From positions 1-26,941 of the IMG/VR virus record IMGVR_UViG_3300020549_000029: a stretch of DNA of 26,941 nt; one strand, 5' to 3'. A model generated the notes under the pieces. It searched no databases and was not told the DNA's origin. It worked only from the letters and a program-made list of their open reading frames with translations. The translations under genes were made by a program, and so were the position numbers. The number at the start of each line of letters is the position of its first letter. The stretch's first letter is position 1. Below, piece after piece: positions 15,935 through 24,636 of this stretch. The DNA is from a virus. Lineage: Duplodnaviria; Caudoviricetes.

Positions 15935-18819
15935 TGGCCGTCAATTTTGACGCGATTCTGAAGATTGGGGCCCAGGTTACTGGCATGGGCCAGGTGGCGC
16001 AGCTGGGTAATGAGATCAACAAGGTCGCAGAGGCCACCCGTGGAGGCTTCAAGGCCACGATCGATAGCGCATCCTGGCAGGCTGCCGCCGCCCTGGCTGC
16101 TGGTGTTGGCGTTGCGCTAGTGACCAGCACGAAAGCTGCCATTGATTTTGAAACCAGCATCTCCCAGGTCCGCAAGGTCATGGATGGCCTAGAGACGCCG
16201 GCTGCAATTGCGGAAATCTCAGACGAGATCAGAGAACTATCCCTAGAGCTGCCGATCTCAGCCAAGGGATTTGCGGAGATCTACGCCGCTGCTGGCGCGT
16301 CAGGCATCGCAAGGGAGGAAGTACGGCAATTCGCCGGAGATGTTGCAAAGATAAGTATTGCTTTCAATATGACGGCAGATGAGGCCGGTTTGTCTATTGC
16401 GAAAATGCGCAATAGCATGAAATTAACGCAGCCAGACGTATTGAAGCTGGCTGATACAATGAATGAACTTGATAAGGCCGGCGCTGCCAATGGTAAGCAG
16501 CTGATCGAATTTGCTTTACGGTCTGGAGCTGTTGGGCAGCAGGCAGGATTGACGGCGGAGCAGGTTGCAGGTTTTGGCGCGGCGATGATCTCCGCAGGCG
16601 TCGAAACCGAGGTCGCCGCCACCAGCTTTAACAACATGGTCAAAGCCCTCACCCGTGGCGACTCCATGACGGATCGGCAGATTCGGGCGCTGCAGACCCT
16701 AGGGATGGCGTCGGGCCAGGCCGCTACCGCCATCAGCCAGGCACAGGATGAGATGGTGCGATCGGCAGAGGATCGGCGCTATGAGAACGCCCTGAACCGT
16801 CGCAAAGATGGCGCGATCAGGCTGGCCGAGGTGGAAACAAATGGCGTGTTGCGCGAAGCCCAGAGGCGGATGGATGAACAACTAAAAATCCTGGATCAGC
16901 AGGTATCTCAAGAGGAGAAAAAGCTTAACAAAAAATATAGAACTATTGAGACGGCAGAGCGCCGGCAAACCGAAGACTTACTAGAACAACTGCGCCAGCA
17001 AATTACCGGCACGGATGCAGCATCGCAAGCGATTCTTAAGCGCGAACAGCGAGCAATAGAAGACGCTTCTCAGTTGAGGATGGATGCAATTAACGAAAGA
17101 AAAGAGCAAGAATCACAAGCAATTAAAGACAGGTCCGACAGGGAAAAAAAGGCATACGAAGAAAGTGTCGCCGCGTTTAAGCAAGCAGAGCAAGAGAGGT
17201 TGGACGACAAAAAGCAAGGCATAGAAGAGTCGTTTACAGAAGAAAGAGCTTTGTACGATGGCCAGCAAAAGATACTGAAAATTCAACAAGACGAGGCGGC
17301 TAGGAAGTCAGGCGAAAGCGCGGGATTGTTGTTGGCTAGAAACATGGTCACTAACGCAGAGCCTACGATAATTGCGATGCTAGATAAAATCAAGAGCTTG
17401 CCGCAAGAGCTGCAGCTACCTACGTTTACTGACTTTTTTGGCGATGAGGCTAGGGGATTGTTTCCGATGATTAACAATACGCAAAAACTTGCCGAAGCGC
17501 TAAGGGTTGCAAATAATGAAACTAAAAACATGGGGTCGGTTACCGTTGAGGCTGGAGTTCAAATGGAAACAACTGCGGCGCAAATTCAATTAGCCAAAAA
17601 CAATGTAGAAAACTTGCAGATTGAAATAGGCAATTTGATAGTACCTATAATTAACGAGCTAGTACCTGGTGTTATTGCAGTAGTTCAAGCGCTTTCGGGC
17701 CTTGCCCAAGCCAATCCCCTGCTCACGCAAATAGCAATTGGGATTGGCGCCATTGGAGCAGCAGCCGTCATTGCTCTGCCCGTTGTGGTTGGCCTTGGGA
17801 TGGCTCTCAAGACCATTGCCGGCTTTGGCCTAGGCGCCACGCTGGCCGGCTGGGCTGGGGCCATGCCGGCGGTAACAGCAGGTCTGGCGGGCATCGCCAC
17901 CACCGTCGGATCAGTAGCCACCGGCCTGGCTGCCCTGGTCGCCGGTTTCGTCTCTGCTCCGATCCTGATTGGCGCGGCAGCCGTGGCCACGGCGGTGGTG
18001 GTTTTCAACTTCCGCGATCAGATCGCCGATGCCTTCCGGGGCCTCTGGAACCTGATCGCCAACCCTGAAACCGGGTTCGTCGCAATGATCGGCGGCGGCT
18101 GGAACATAATGATGGACAATATCAGCAGCTACGTCAGCAACATTCTGCCGAATATCAGGGACAACTTTGCAGCATTTTTCGACACGATCATCGGCCCAGA
18201 GAATGGCCTGATTGCACGCCTGGGGCAGACCTGGAATCTGGCCATGGATGGCATGCGGGACTATGCGCTAGGCCTGGTGGAGCCCATTACTGCGGCTTGG
18301 GATGGCATTGTCAACAGCCTGCGCGGCTCGCTAAATGGGCTGCTGTCTTGGGGTGCTAATGGAGTGAATAGATTTATTGATATTGTAAATAGCGCAATTG
18401 CTAGAATCAATTCAGTTTCAAGTAGGGTAGGCATAACGGCTCAGCCGATTCAATATGTTGAAGTGCCCCAGTTTGCCGGCGGCGGCCGGGTGGATCGGCC
18501 AACGCTGATCATGGCCGGCGAGGCGGGCCCCGAGTACATCGTTCCTCAGAAAAAGGTGCCGCAGTTCATCGCTGCGCAGATGGGCGATCGGGGCCTCGGC
18601 ATTCGCCAGGGCGGCGCCGCTGCCGGGGGCTCCAGAGGCGGCGGCACCTTTGCCCCAACCTTCAACCTCAACCACACCGGCCCGGTCTACCGACTCCCGG
18701 ACGGATCTGACGCCATAACCATGGCCGACGCCGTGGCGATTGCCGAGGATGCTGCCAATCGGATGTGGACCTATGCCCAGACCCCTGACGGGCGCAGTGA
18801 ACTGGGGATTTTTCGCTGA
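15934..18819 (+). CDS. Tail tape measure protein (TP901-family core)
   Basis: 961 aa; AIDFETSISQVRKV, GVETEVAATSFNNM, FFGDEA, hydrophobic Ala/Gly segment, periodic Trp/Phe repeats, C-terminal VPQFAGGGRVDRPTLIMAGEAGPEYIVP. Confidence 0.95.
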   Translation: MAVNFDAILKIGAQVTGMGQVAQLGNEINKVAEATRGGFKATIDSASWQAAAALAAGVGVALVTSTKAAIDFETSISQVRKVMDGLETPAAIAEISDEIRELSLELPISAKGFAEIYAAAGASGIAREEVRQFAGDVAKISIAFNMTADEAGLSIAKMRNSMKLTQPDVLKLADTMNELDKAGAANGKQLIEFALRSGAVGQQAGLTAEQVAGFGAAMISAGVETEVAATSFNNMVKALTRGDSMTDRQIRALQTLGMASGQAATAISQAQDEMVRSAEDRRYENALNRRKDGAIRLAEVETNGVLREAQRRMDEQLKILDQQVSQEEKKLNKKYRTIETAERRQTEDLLEQLRQQITGTDAASQAILKREQRAIEDASQLRMDAINERKEQESQAIKDRSDREKKAYEESVAAFKQAEQERLDDKKQGIEESFTEERALYDGQQKILKIQQDEAARKSGESAGLLLARNMVTNAEPTIIAMLDKIKSLPQELQLPTFTDFFGDEARGLFPMINNTQKLAEALRVANNETKNMGSVTVEAGVQMETTAAQIQLAKNNVENLQIEIGNLIVPIINELVPGVIAVVQALSGLAQANPLLTQIAIGIGAIGAAAVIALPVVVGLGMALKTIAGFGLGATLAGWAGAMPAVTAGLAGIATTVGSVATGLAALVAGFVSAPILIGAAAVATAVVVFNFRDQIADAFRGLWNLIANPETGFVAMIGGGWNIMMDNISSYVSNILPNIRDNFAAFFDTIIGPENGLIARLGQTWNLAMDGMRDYALGLVEPITAAWDGIVNSLRGSLNGLLSWGANGVNRFIDIVNSAIARINSVSSRVGITAQPIQYVEVPQFAGGGRVDRPTLIMAGEAGPEYIVPQKKVPQFIAAQMGDRGLGIRQGGAAAGGSRGGGTFAPTFNLNHTGPVYRLPDGSDAITMADAVAIAEDAANRMWTYAQTPDGRSELGIFR

Positions 18820-19304
18820 TGCCCGACTACGGCCCCCACGTCTACACCCAGACCCTGAAGTGGATGGACCCCAGCGGCAACGCCAAGGGGCGTTGGCACC
18901 GGCTCGATGGGATCAACAACAGCCCCTTCACTGCCTTTGACGCTGGCGACGGCGACGGGCTGCAGTCCTGGGAGTTCCAGGAGTTCAACTGCCCAGGGTT
19001 TGATTCGGGCCTGGCGTCGGGATCAGTCACAATCACCTGCGCGTACTCCCCTGCTGTCATGGCCCTGGCGCTCGATGCGAACGCCAACCAATGGCTGATC
19101 GAGGTGACTCAGTTCGAGGTTGTCCTGGGCGGGCTCAGCCGGGTTGATTCGGCCCTGGTCGGCAGCATCACCGCCAGCGGCTCCCTGACTGGCATCACGA
19201 TTACGGGCGCCATCTCACCGCCTCCGGTTGCAGTGTCGGTCCCGCCAATCGTGCTCACGCAGGAGTTGATCGGCACGCCCTGCGTGTTGGATTTTTCAAC
19301 ATGA
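18819..19304 (+). CDS. Minor tail protein (tail-tip component, family uncertain)
   Basis: 161 aa coupled to tape measure (TGATG) and to the next gene (ATGA); beta-rich. Confidence 0.6.
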   Translation: MPDYGPHVYTQTLKWMDPSGNAKGRWHRLDGINNSPFTAFDAGDGDGLQSWEFQEFNCPGFDSGLASGSVTITCAYSPAVMALALDANANQWLIEVTQFEVVLGGLSRVDSALVGSITASGSLTGITITGAISPPPVAVSVPPIVLTQELIGTPCVLDFST

Positions 19305-21481
19305 TTGGATTCAAATCCAGCAGCCCAGGCAGCAGCCAATACGGCAAGACGACAGTTTCGCTGGGCAGGGCCTCCGCAGCACTGGGGGGAGCTGCCCGGC
19401 CCACGGCCGTGACTGCTGCCGAGGCCCAGTCGCACTGGAACGCCAACCAGCAGGCGATGACGCTGCTGGAGCGGGCGCCCATCGTCTGGTGCCGACGCAT
19501 CGGCGACACCTGCGGCAGCCCATCGGACGCCGGCGTCGGCGGCGTGATCGTCAGCCCGAAGGCCACGGCCTGCCGGTTTGATACTCCGCTGCTGGAGGGG
19601 CAGCCCGTGGCCAATGCCGTGGCGGTGAAGTGGCGATTGATCGTCAGCCAGGGGAAGCTCGGCGGCATCTCGGTCAATGGCGTTTTCCAGGGCCGCTGCC
19701 GGGTTGGGAACTTCAGCCAGTCCTATGGCCCAAAAACTGCTGGCACCTGGACTCCTGGCAATTTCCTGGTTGATGTTTATTCAGGCTCGCAATTAATTGC
19801 CAACAAAGTGCAGGCCCCAACGCAATGCGGCACGGTTGGCACACATAAAGACCTAACGACTGTATCGTTTAGCGCTGTAAACTTCAACGGTTTTGATGCT
19901 GATGGCGTCGGACTGCCAGACCGTGGCCACTGGAAGCGGCAGATTCATCTATTTATTCGCAATGGAGTCGAATCAGTCAGGCTGCTGGATAATGTCTACG
20001 GCAGCTCCAACAATTTAGGCGATCTTTATTTATACCTACTGAACAATGATGGCCGCACAGCACCGGTTCGGATTGATCGGGAGTCGATCACCGCAGCAGC
20101 TCGGTTCATGGATGTCAACGGTCTCTGGTGGAATGGGGTGCTATCAGAGCCGACCAGCATCAGCGACTGGATGAGCAAGGTTGGGCCCTATTTCATGGTG
20201 CGCGAAACCAAGATTGCCGGCCGCTACGGCCTGCGGCCACTGCTGCCCGTTACGCCATCTGGGGCCATCAACACCGAGCCATTGAGCCCCGCGTGGGTGT
20301 TTGATAGCGAGGCGATCGTCGATGGGAGTTACACCTGGCAGCTGGTTAGCCCTGAGGCGAGGCGCCCCTACCGGGCTGTAGCGGCCTGGCGCCAGCAGGG
20401 CCCGGATGGATTGTCCAGGATGATTCGGACCCCGGAGGTGGCCTATGACTCCACCCCAGAAACCGCGCCAACGGAGGAGCACGATCTGAGCCAGTTCTGC
20501 ACATCCGAGATTCACGCCGCCAGGGCGATCCGGTTTGGCCAGGCAAAGCGCCGGCACATCACGCACTCCGCCGCGGTGGCGATCAAGGCTGGCTCTTGGA
20601 ACTCGACCCTGGGAGAGGGCGAGCTGATCGCCCTGCAGCTGCAGCGTGAGGACGTGGATGGGTTGAGCAGCCCCCTGGTGGCTTGGTATTGGATTGTCTC
20701 TGCCAACACCGGCCGCGAGGGCACCCTGACCCTGCAACTGGAGCACTGCCCGGTCGATGGGCTAGGGCGCTCCCTGGTGGCCCTGGACGTGGCAGCGGTT
20801 CAGGTTGAGAACATCACCCTCCTGACCGGTGACACCGCCCCCTCCTGCGATGCGGACCCCAGCCGGGCGACCGATTGTTCGATCCCCGCGCCCGACGAGG
20901 AAAGCTGGACCAGTGACGAGGTCTGGTTTTACGGCCGCTACGGTCGGCGGCCGGTTTCTGGCGAATACGCGGGCGGCGGATTCAGTGTGGGCGGCGGTGG
21001 CGGCGGTGGCGGCGGTGGCGGCGGTGGGGGAGGTGGTGGTGCTCCCCCTGCCCCCCTGCCCCCTACCGGCCCGGTCAATCCCCCCGGCATCCCCTCCCAG
21101 CCAGGCACGCCTGACGGCCCGGCCAATCCGCCGTTGCCGCCGACCGGAAACCAAGATTTTACAGTTTATACACTTAGAAAATATTGGAAATTAAACCCCG
21201 AGGCAAGCATTGCTTTTCCTGAGCGAAAGCCACAAGAAGTAGAGGAAGACATGAGTCCCATTTTTACGGGGCCCGACGATGCCTGTTTTATATCGTTTGA
21301 AGACAACACCCTAACAAGGGTTACACGTTATCCTGTAAACGAAAATACAGGTGCCATCGGTCCGCCTGGAGTTACTGAATATCCTCATATCCTAAATGGA
21401 AGCTATCAAGAAACTTGGTCTTATATTTTTGTTCGATCAGTTTTAATTCCTGGCTATGCTGATTTATTGGGTCCATCATGA
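19301..21481 (+). CDS. Tail tip/hub protein (gpJ-like) with poly-Gly/poly-Pro linker and distinct C-terminal domain
   Basis: GSSNNLGDLYLYLL, AARFMDVNGLWWNGVL, HDLSQFCTSEIHA, LGEGELI motifs typical of tail hub proteins; position. Confidence 0.72.
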   Translation: MIGFKSSSPGSSQYGKTTVSLGRASAALGGAARPTAVTAAEAQSHWNANQQAMTLLERAPIVWCRRIGDTCGSPSDAGVGGVIVSPKATACRFDTPLLEGQPVANAVAVKWRLIVSQGKLGGISVNGVFQGRCRVGNFSQSYGPKTAGTWTPGNFLVDVYSGSQLIANKVQAPTQCGTVGTHKDLTTVSFSAVNFNGFDADGVGLPDRGHWKRQIHLFIRNGVESVRLLDNVYGSSNNLGDLYLYLLNNDGRTAPVRIDRESITAAARFMDVNGLWWNGVLSEPTSISDWMSKVGPYFMVRETKIAGRYGLRPLLPVTPSGAINTEPLSPAWVFDSEAIVDGSYTWQLVSPEARRPYRAVAAWRQQGPDGLSRMIRTPEVAYDSTPETAPTEEHDLSQFCTSEIHAARAIRFGQAKRRHITHSAAVAIKAGSWNSTLGEGELIALQLQREDVDGLSSPLVAWYWIVSANTGREGTLTLQLEHCPVDGLGRSLVALDVAAVQVENITLLTGDTAPSCDADPSRATDCSIPAPDEESWTSDEVWFYGRYGRRPVSGEYAGGGFSVGGGGGGGGGGGGGGGGGAPPAPLPPTGPVNPPGIPSQPGTPDGPANPPLPPTGNQDFTVYTLRKYWKLNPEASIAFPERKPQEVEEDMSPIFTGPDDACFISFEDNTLTRVTRYPVNENTGAIGPPGVTEYPHILNGSYQETWSYIFVRSVLIPGYADLLGPS
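20990..21025 (+). repeat. Tandem 9-bp repeat (GGCGGCGGT)x4 within a 17-Gly run (20990-21040)
   Basis: Read directly from the sequence. Confidence 0.9.
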
Positions 21482-22755
21482 CCACATTCCCGACCCTCCG
21501 CCCTGCCACCGTCTCAATCACTCCTGGCACGGTCCCAGCCACCTTGCAGGCTGCCTACGACGGCAGCACCGTGGCCAGCACCGCCGACCTGGTAGCGACC
21601 GGGGACGTTCTGAATATGACGTTTGAAGGGTTGACCGAAGCCGAAGCCCGCAGCGTGCCAGACCACCAGCAGGCCCAGCGGGGCCGCTCGTTTGGGTTTC
21701 ATCCCACCACCCTGGCCACGGCACTGACTCCGGCCGGGTTTCAGTGGACCTATGCGCGGCCGGTTACTCAGGACGACGTCCGGGCGGTCGCCCCCGAGTT
21801 CTACCGCCTGGCCGTTCAGTTCGTCGGGGTCTGGATTCGACGGGCCTCCACCCCCTCCGGGTCCACCCGCATCGTGCTCCGCACCACAGCGGCCAGGGCC
21901 CTGCCGGCGGGCACCCCCAGCGGATCCACGATCCTGCGGCTGACCACCACGGCGGCGGGGATGGCTACGGGCACGCCGTCCCAATCGACGCTGTTGCTGC
22001 TAAAGACCACGCCAGCTGGGCTCGTATCGACGCCATTGAACGACCCTCTTTACGGGTCGGTGTTGGCGCATCTGCCCCTGACTGCTGACAAGGGCTTTAC
22101 CGATGTCAGCGGCCAATCGGTGTCAATTACGCCACAAGGCGGCATCAGCATTGACGCCAGCGCAGGCCGCTGGGGCGCCGGCTCTGCACTATTGACTAGC
22201 GCCGATGGCACGCCAGACTGGTTGTCGGTAGAACTGGCGCAGGCCTTGGGCGCAGGAGATTACACAATCAGATTTTGGTTTAATCTAACAACAGTGGATC
22301 TAACAACAGTGGCCAGGAACGAGTTGTTTCAGATCACAAATGAAGCAGGAGGTATCGGATCTTTACCGGCAGATGTTAGCTTTTTGAATGCTTTTGTAAT
22401 TGCGACAAGTGGATGGGTTTACTATTCTGACAATTTGAATAGCCCTGGATCCCAGGTCGGGACCGAATATAGCGGGCAAGCCGTAGTCTCTCCAGGGAGC
22501 TGGTATTTCTTCCAGCAGACCAGAGCGGCTGGGTTTGTAAGAACATCGTTCTCGACAGTCAGCGGCCAGACATTTATCACTCCAGTGTCTGCCGATCCTG
22601 TGCCTACATATATTCGCAATTACCCGCAAACAATCCTAGACATAGGAAAACGCTTTGGGAATTCTCAAATCTGTAATGGACGGTTCAATGATTTCCAGAT
22701 CACCTTAGCCGCCAGGCCACATACCGTACCGACCGGGCCGCTGCCAATTTTTTAG
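21478..22755 (+). CDS. Minor tail protein: N-terminal distal-tail/gpM-like domain, three 20-aa repeats, C-terminal LamG/concanavalin-like domain
   Basis: DPLYGSVLAHLPL, GRWGAGSAL, GAGDYTIRFWF, GSWYFF, NGRFNDFQIT..AR, VPTGPLP match phage LamG-type lectin domains. Confidence 0.7.
   Translation: MTTFPTLRPATVSITPGTVPATLQAAYDGSTVASTADLVATGDVLNMTFEGLTEAEARSVPDHQQAQRGRSFGFHPTTLATALTPAGFQWTYARPVTQDDVRAVAPEFYRLAVQFVGVWIRRASTPSGSTRIVLRTTAARALPAGTPSGSTILRLTTTAAGMATGTPSQSTLLLLKTTPAGLVSTPLNDPLYGSVLAHLPLTADKGFTDVSGQSVSITPQGGISIDASAGRWGAGSALLTSADGTPDWLSVELAQALGAGDYTIRFWFNLTTVDLTTVARNELFQITNEAGGIGSLPADVSFLNAFVIATSGWVYYSDNLNSPGSQVGTEYSGQAVVSPGSWYFFQQTRAAGFVRTSFSTVSGQTFITPVSADPVPTYIRNYPQTILDIGKRFGNSQICNGRFNDFQITLAARPHTVPTGPLPIF
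21845..22035 (+). repeat. Three imperfect ~20-aa (about 60-nt) repeats
   Basis: TPSGSTRIVLRTTAA / TPSGSTILRLTTTAA / TPSQSTLLLLKTTPA. Confidence 0.85.
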
Positions 22756-22756
22756 C

Positions 22757-23098
22757 TCACACCGCACGCAGCTCAACCCCGGTAACCTGCCACTGCTCGC
22801 CAGGTTGCAGGGCCCACGATGGTGCCGAGGCATAGCGCCATCGAGCCGGCGTCGGGGGAACTGCACGCCCCACCCAGACCGCAGCAGGCAGCTCCCAGGA
22901 TGCCAGCAGCCCCACAGTTCGGAAGTGCGCCACAAAATCGGCGAACTGTGCGGGGCTGAGCAGGGGCAGGGGCAAGGGCAGGGTCTGGCCAGCCAGGGTG
23001 TCGCTCAATAAAAACCGCCGATCAAGTTCAGCGGCGATATTGAAATCACCTAACGTATGCGGCCTCCCGATCGGCAGACAGGATTCAGGGAAATCCAT
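22757..23098 (-). CDS. Minor tail-like protein, apparent paralogue of the N-terminal domain of 21478-22755
   Basis: 113 aa; colinear motifs FP..P, L....L....A....H, W.YA..P, terminal V.L.AV; TAATG coupling to the upstream minus-strand gene. Confidence 0.6.
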   Translation of the reverse strand: MDFPESCLPIGRPHTLGDFNIAAELDRRFLLSDTLAGQTLPLPLPLLSPAQFADFVAHFRTVGLLASWELPAAVWVGRAVPPTPARWRYASAPSWALQPGEQWQVTGVELRAV

Positions 23099-23949
23099 TA
23101 AACGTAAACCCCGGTGATATCAAAGCTATTGGCATTGATCGGATACGCGGCACCATTGGCAGGGTAGACTATGCCCCAATCCCAAATCATCAAAACACGG
23201 TCAGCAGAAGCCGCCCCGCCAAGGCTTTGATAATAAACCACATATCTAGGCGAAACTGTAGCGCCCGTAAGGATAATTTGATTGGCCTGCACTATGGTTT
23301 TATCAGCAGCATCATCCCGTGTGATCGTCAGCGGAGCAGGCACGCCACCAGCGGTGTAGCCAGTGCCTGTCACTTCGTTGGTTAGATTTGACCGAAACGA
23401 ATGAGCGGCGCTGGGAGTGTAGCCAGCACCCAGCAGCATGGCGTAGAAGTTGCCTGCACTCAGGTTTATAGTTTTGTTTATGATTGCGTTGATTGTTGCG
23501 TAAGGAATTATGACATTGTTGTTGTTTGCTTGCGCAGCTTCGATCTGCATTTGCTCAATCCTGAACAACCCCCCAACGCTGCTTTGAGGGCTGCCAAAGT
23601 GGTTGTAGCCTAAAACTATTTGCTCAGAAGGTGTTGCTGATGGTCGATAATAAATCAGAATCCCACTGGCGCCCGTGATATTGGCATTCCATGTAACCGG
23701 GGCAATGACTAGGGCATTGATTCCGGTAGTGGTGTTCATTGAGTTACTGAGCACCAACGGCTTGCCGCCTGTTGAATAGCCGGTAACAGGGGTGATCTCG
23801 CCGCTGGTGATTGCGGCCATCGTGTCATGGGTGTCACGGTTAAACGTAAAAGCAGAGGTCATCAATTGACCGTAGAACGTGCCTGTTAATGGCATGTCAG
23901 GGGTCGTCAGGCTGTACTGGGCCCGGTTGCAGAGAGTGAAAACGGGCAT
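23098..23949 (-). CDS. Virion-type protein made of two tandem copies of a ~140-aa domain
   Basis: FYGQLMTSAFT...H...EITPVTGYSTGG...LIYY versus FYAMLLGAGYT...H...EVTGTGYTAGG...VVYY; the NEV.GTGYTAGG motif is common in phage tail-associated proteins. Confidence 0.7.
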   Translation of the reverse strand: MPVFTLCNRAQYSLTTPDMPLTGTFYGQLMTSAFTFNRDTHDTMAAITSGEITPVTGYSTGGKPLVLSNSMNTTTGINALVIAPVTWNANITGASGILIYYRPSATPSEQIVLGYNHFGSPQSSVGGLFRIEQMQIEAAQANNNNVIIPYATINAIINKTINLSAGNFYAMLLGAGYTPSAAHSFRSNLTNEVTGTGYTAGGVPAPLTITRDDAADKTIVQANQIILTGATVSPRYVVYYQSLGGAASADRVLMIWDWGIVYPANGAAYPINANSFDITGVYV

Positions 23950-24031
23950 TGGGCGGGGCTAAATTGTTGCCGCTATGCTACGAGCCCATGACGGCTGCAC
24001 CCACCAACCCGCTGACCGGCGTGCCCTATTA

Positions 24032-24134
24032 CCGCCAGCCCCCCTCGTCCTGCCCCATGCCGCCCCAGCGCGATCGTTGCAGATCGCTAGCCCTCTTCCC
24101 GCCAGCCCCCCTCGGCCTGCACCATGCCGCCCCA
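24032..24134. repeat. 36-bp direct repeat pair (34/36 identical) separated by 31 bp
   Basis: ccgccagcccccctcgTcctgcCccatgccgcccca (24032-24067) and ccgccagcccccctcgGcctgcAccatgccgcccca (24099-24134). Confidence 0.9.
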
Positions 24135-24347
24135 CCCAGGCCGCCCCGCGTCGGCATCCTCGTCTAGCCCCTCGATCGGTTCCAGCTGGGCCCACCGTGC
24201 CGATTTCTGGGCGCGGCGCTGCTCGATCAAGGCGCGGAGCTGGGCGGGTGATCGGTCCTGGTGCCGGACCCCATCGATGCACACCTCCCAGCACGCGCCA
24301 CCATCCGCATCTGTTCCTACCGTCAACTGCAGCTCTTGATCCGCCAT
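24087..24347 (-). CDS. Hypothetical protein (86 aa, MADQELQLTVG...)
   Basis: ATG 24347 preceded by GAGG and a TAGGCT -10-like hexamer at 24385-24390; contains CWEVC. Confidence 0.5.
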   Translation of the reverse strand: MADQELQLTVGTDADGGACWEVCIDGVRHQDRSPAQLRALIEQRRAQKSARWAQLEPIEGLDEDADAGRPGWGGMVQAEGGWREEG

Positions 24348-24636
24348 GGCCTCGACCTCGAATAGTTGGATGGTGCCGACACTTAGCCTAGAAACGCAGC
24401 TGAGCCGGGCTTTGGATCGGCGGACTGCCGCCCATTTGTGCCGCGACGATCTGAGCATCCTGGCTGATAACTTGATTGTGCAGGCCTATAGCCAGGGGGC
24501 ATTGATCGATGCTCTGCTGGGCCGCGTGCGGTGCCTGGAGGTGGAGCTTGTCCTGGCCCGTGATGCTCGCCCCCTGCAGCCTCCGAGCGATGAACACCAG
24601 CGGTGGGCCAGGGAGGTGCTGGAAGGGTTGGGGTGA
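24346..24636 (+). CDS. NblA-like (phycobilisome degradation adaptor-like) small helical protein
   Basis: LSLETQL resembles the NblA N-terminal LSLEQQF motif, followed by helix-turn-helix-like spacing (LCRDDL..L..L...Y); divergent and C-terminally extended. Confidence 0.5.
   Translation: MASTSNSWMVPTLSLETQLSRALDRRTAAHLCRDDLSILADNLIVQAYSQGALIDALLGRVRCLEVELVLARDARPLQPPSDEHQRWAREVLEGLG

Noticed and set aside
21478-23949. Active invertible tail-fibre cassette (Mu G / P1 C type)
   Set aside because: No invertase and no nucleotide-level inverted repeats flanking the segment were found by eye.
24032-24134. Bona fide CRISPR array
   Set aside because: Only two repeats, atypical repeat sequence, no cas genes or AT-rich leader; kept only as an unexplained repeat.
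23949-24391. + strand ORFs 23949-24167 and 23975-24391, and - strand ORF 23959-24294
   Set aside because: Pro/Arg-rich translations of GC-rich repeat sequence with no convincing start signals.
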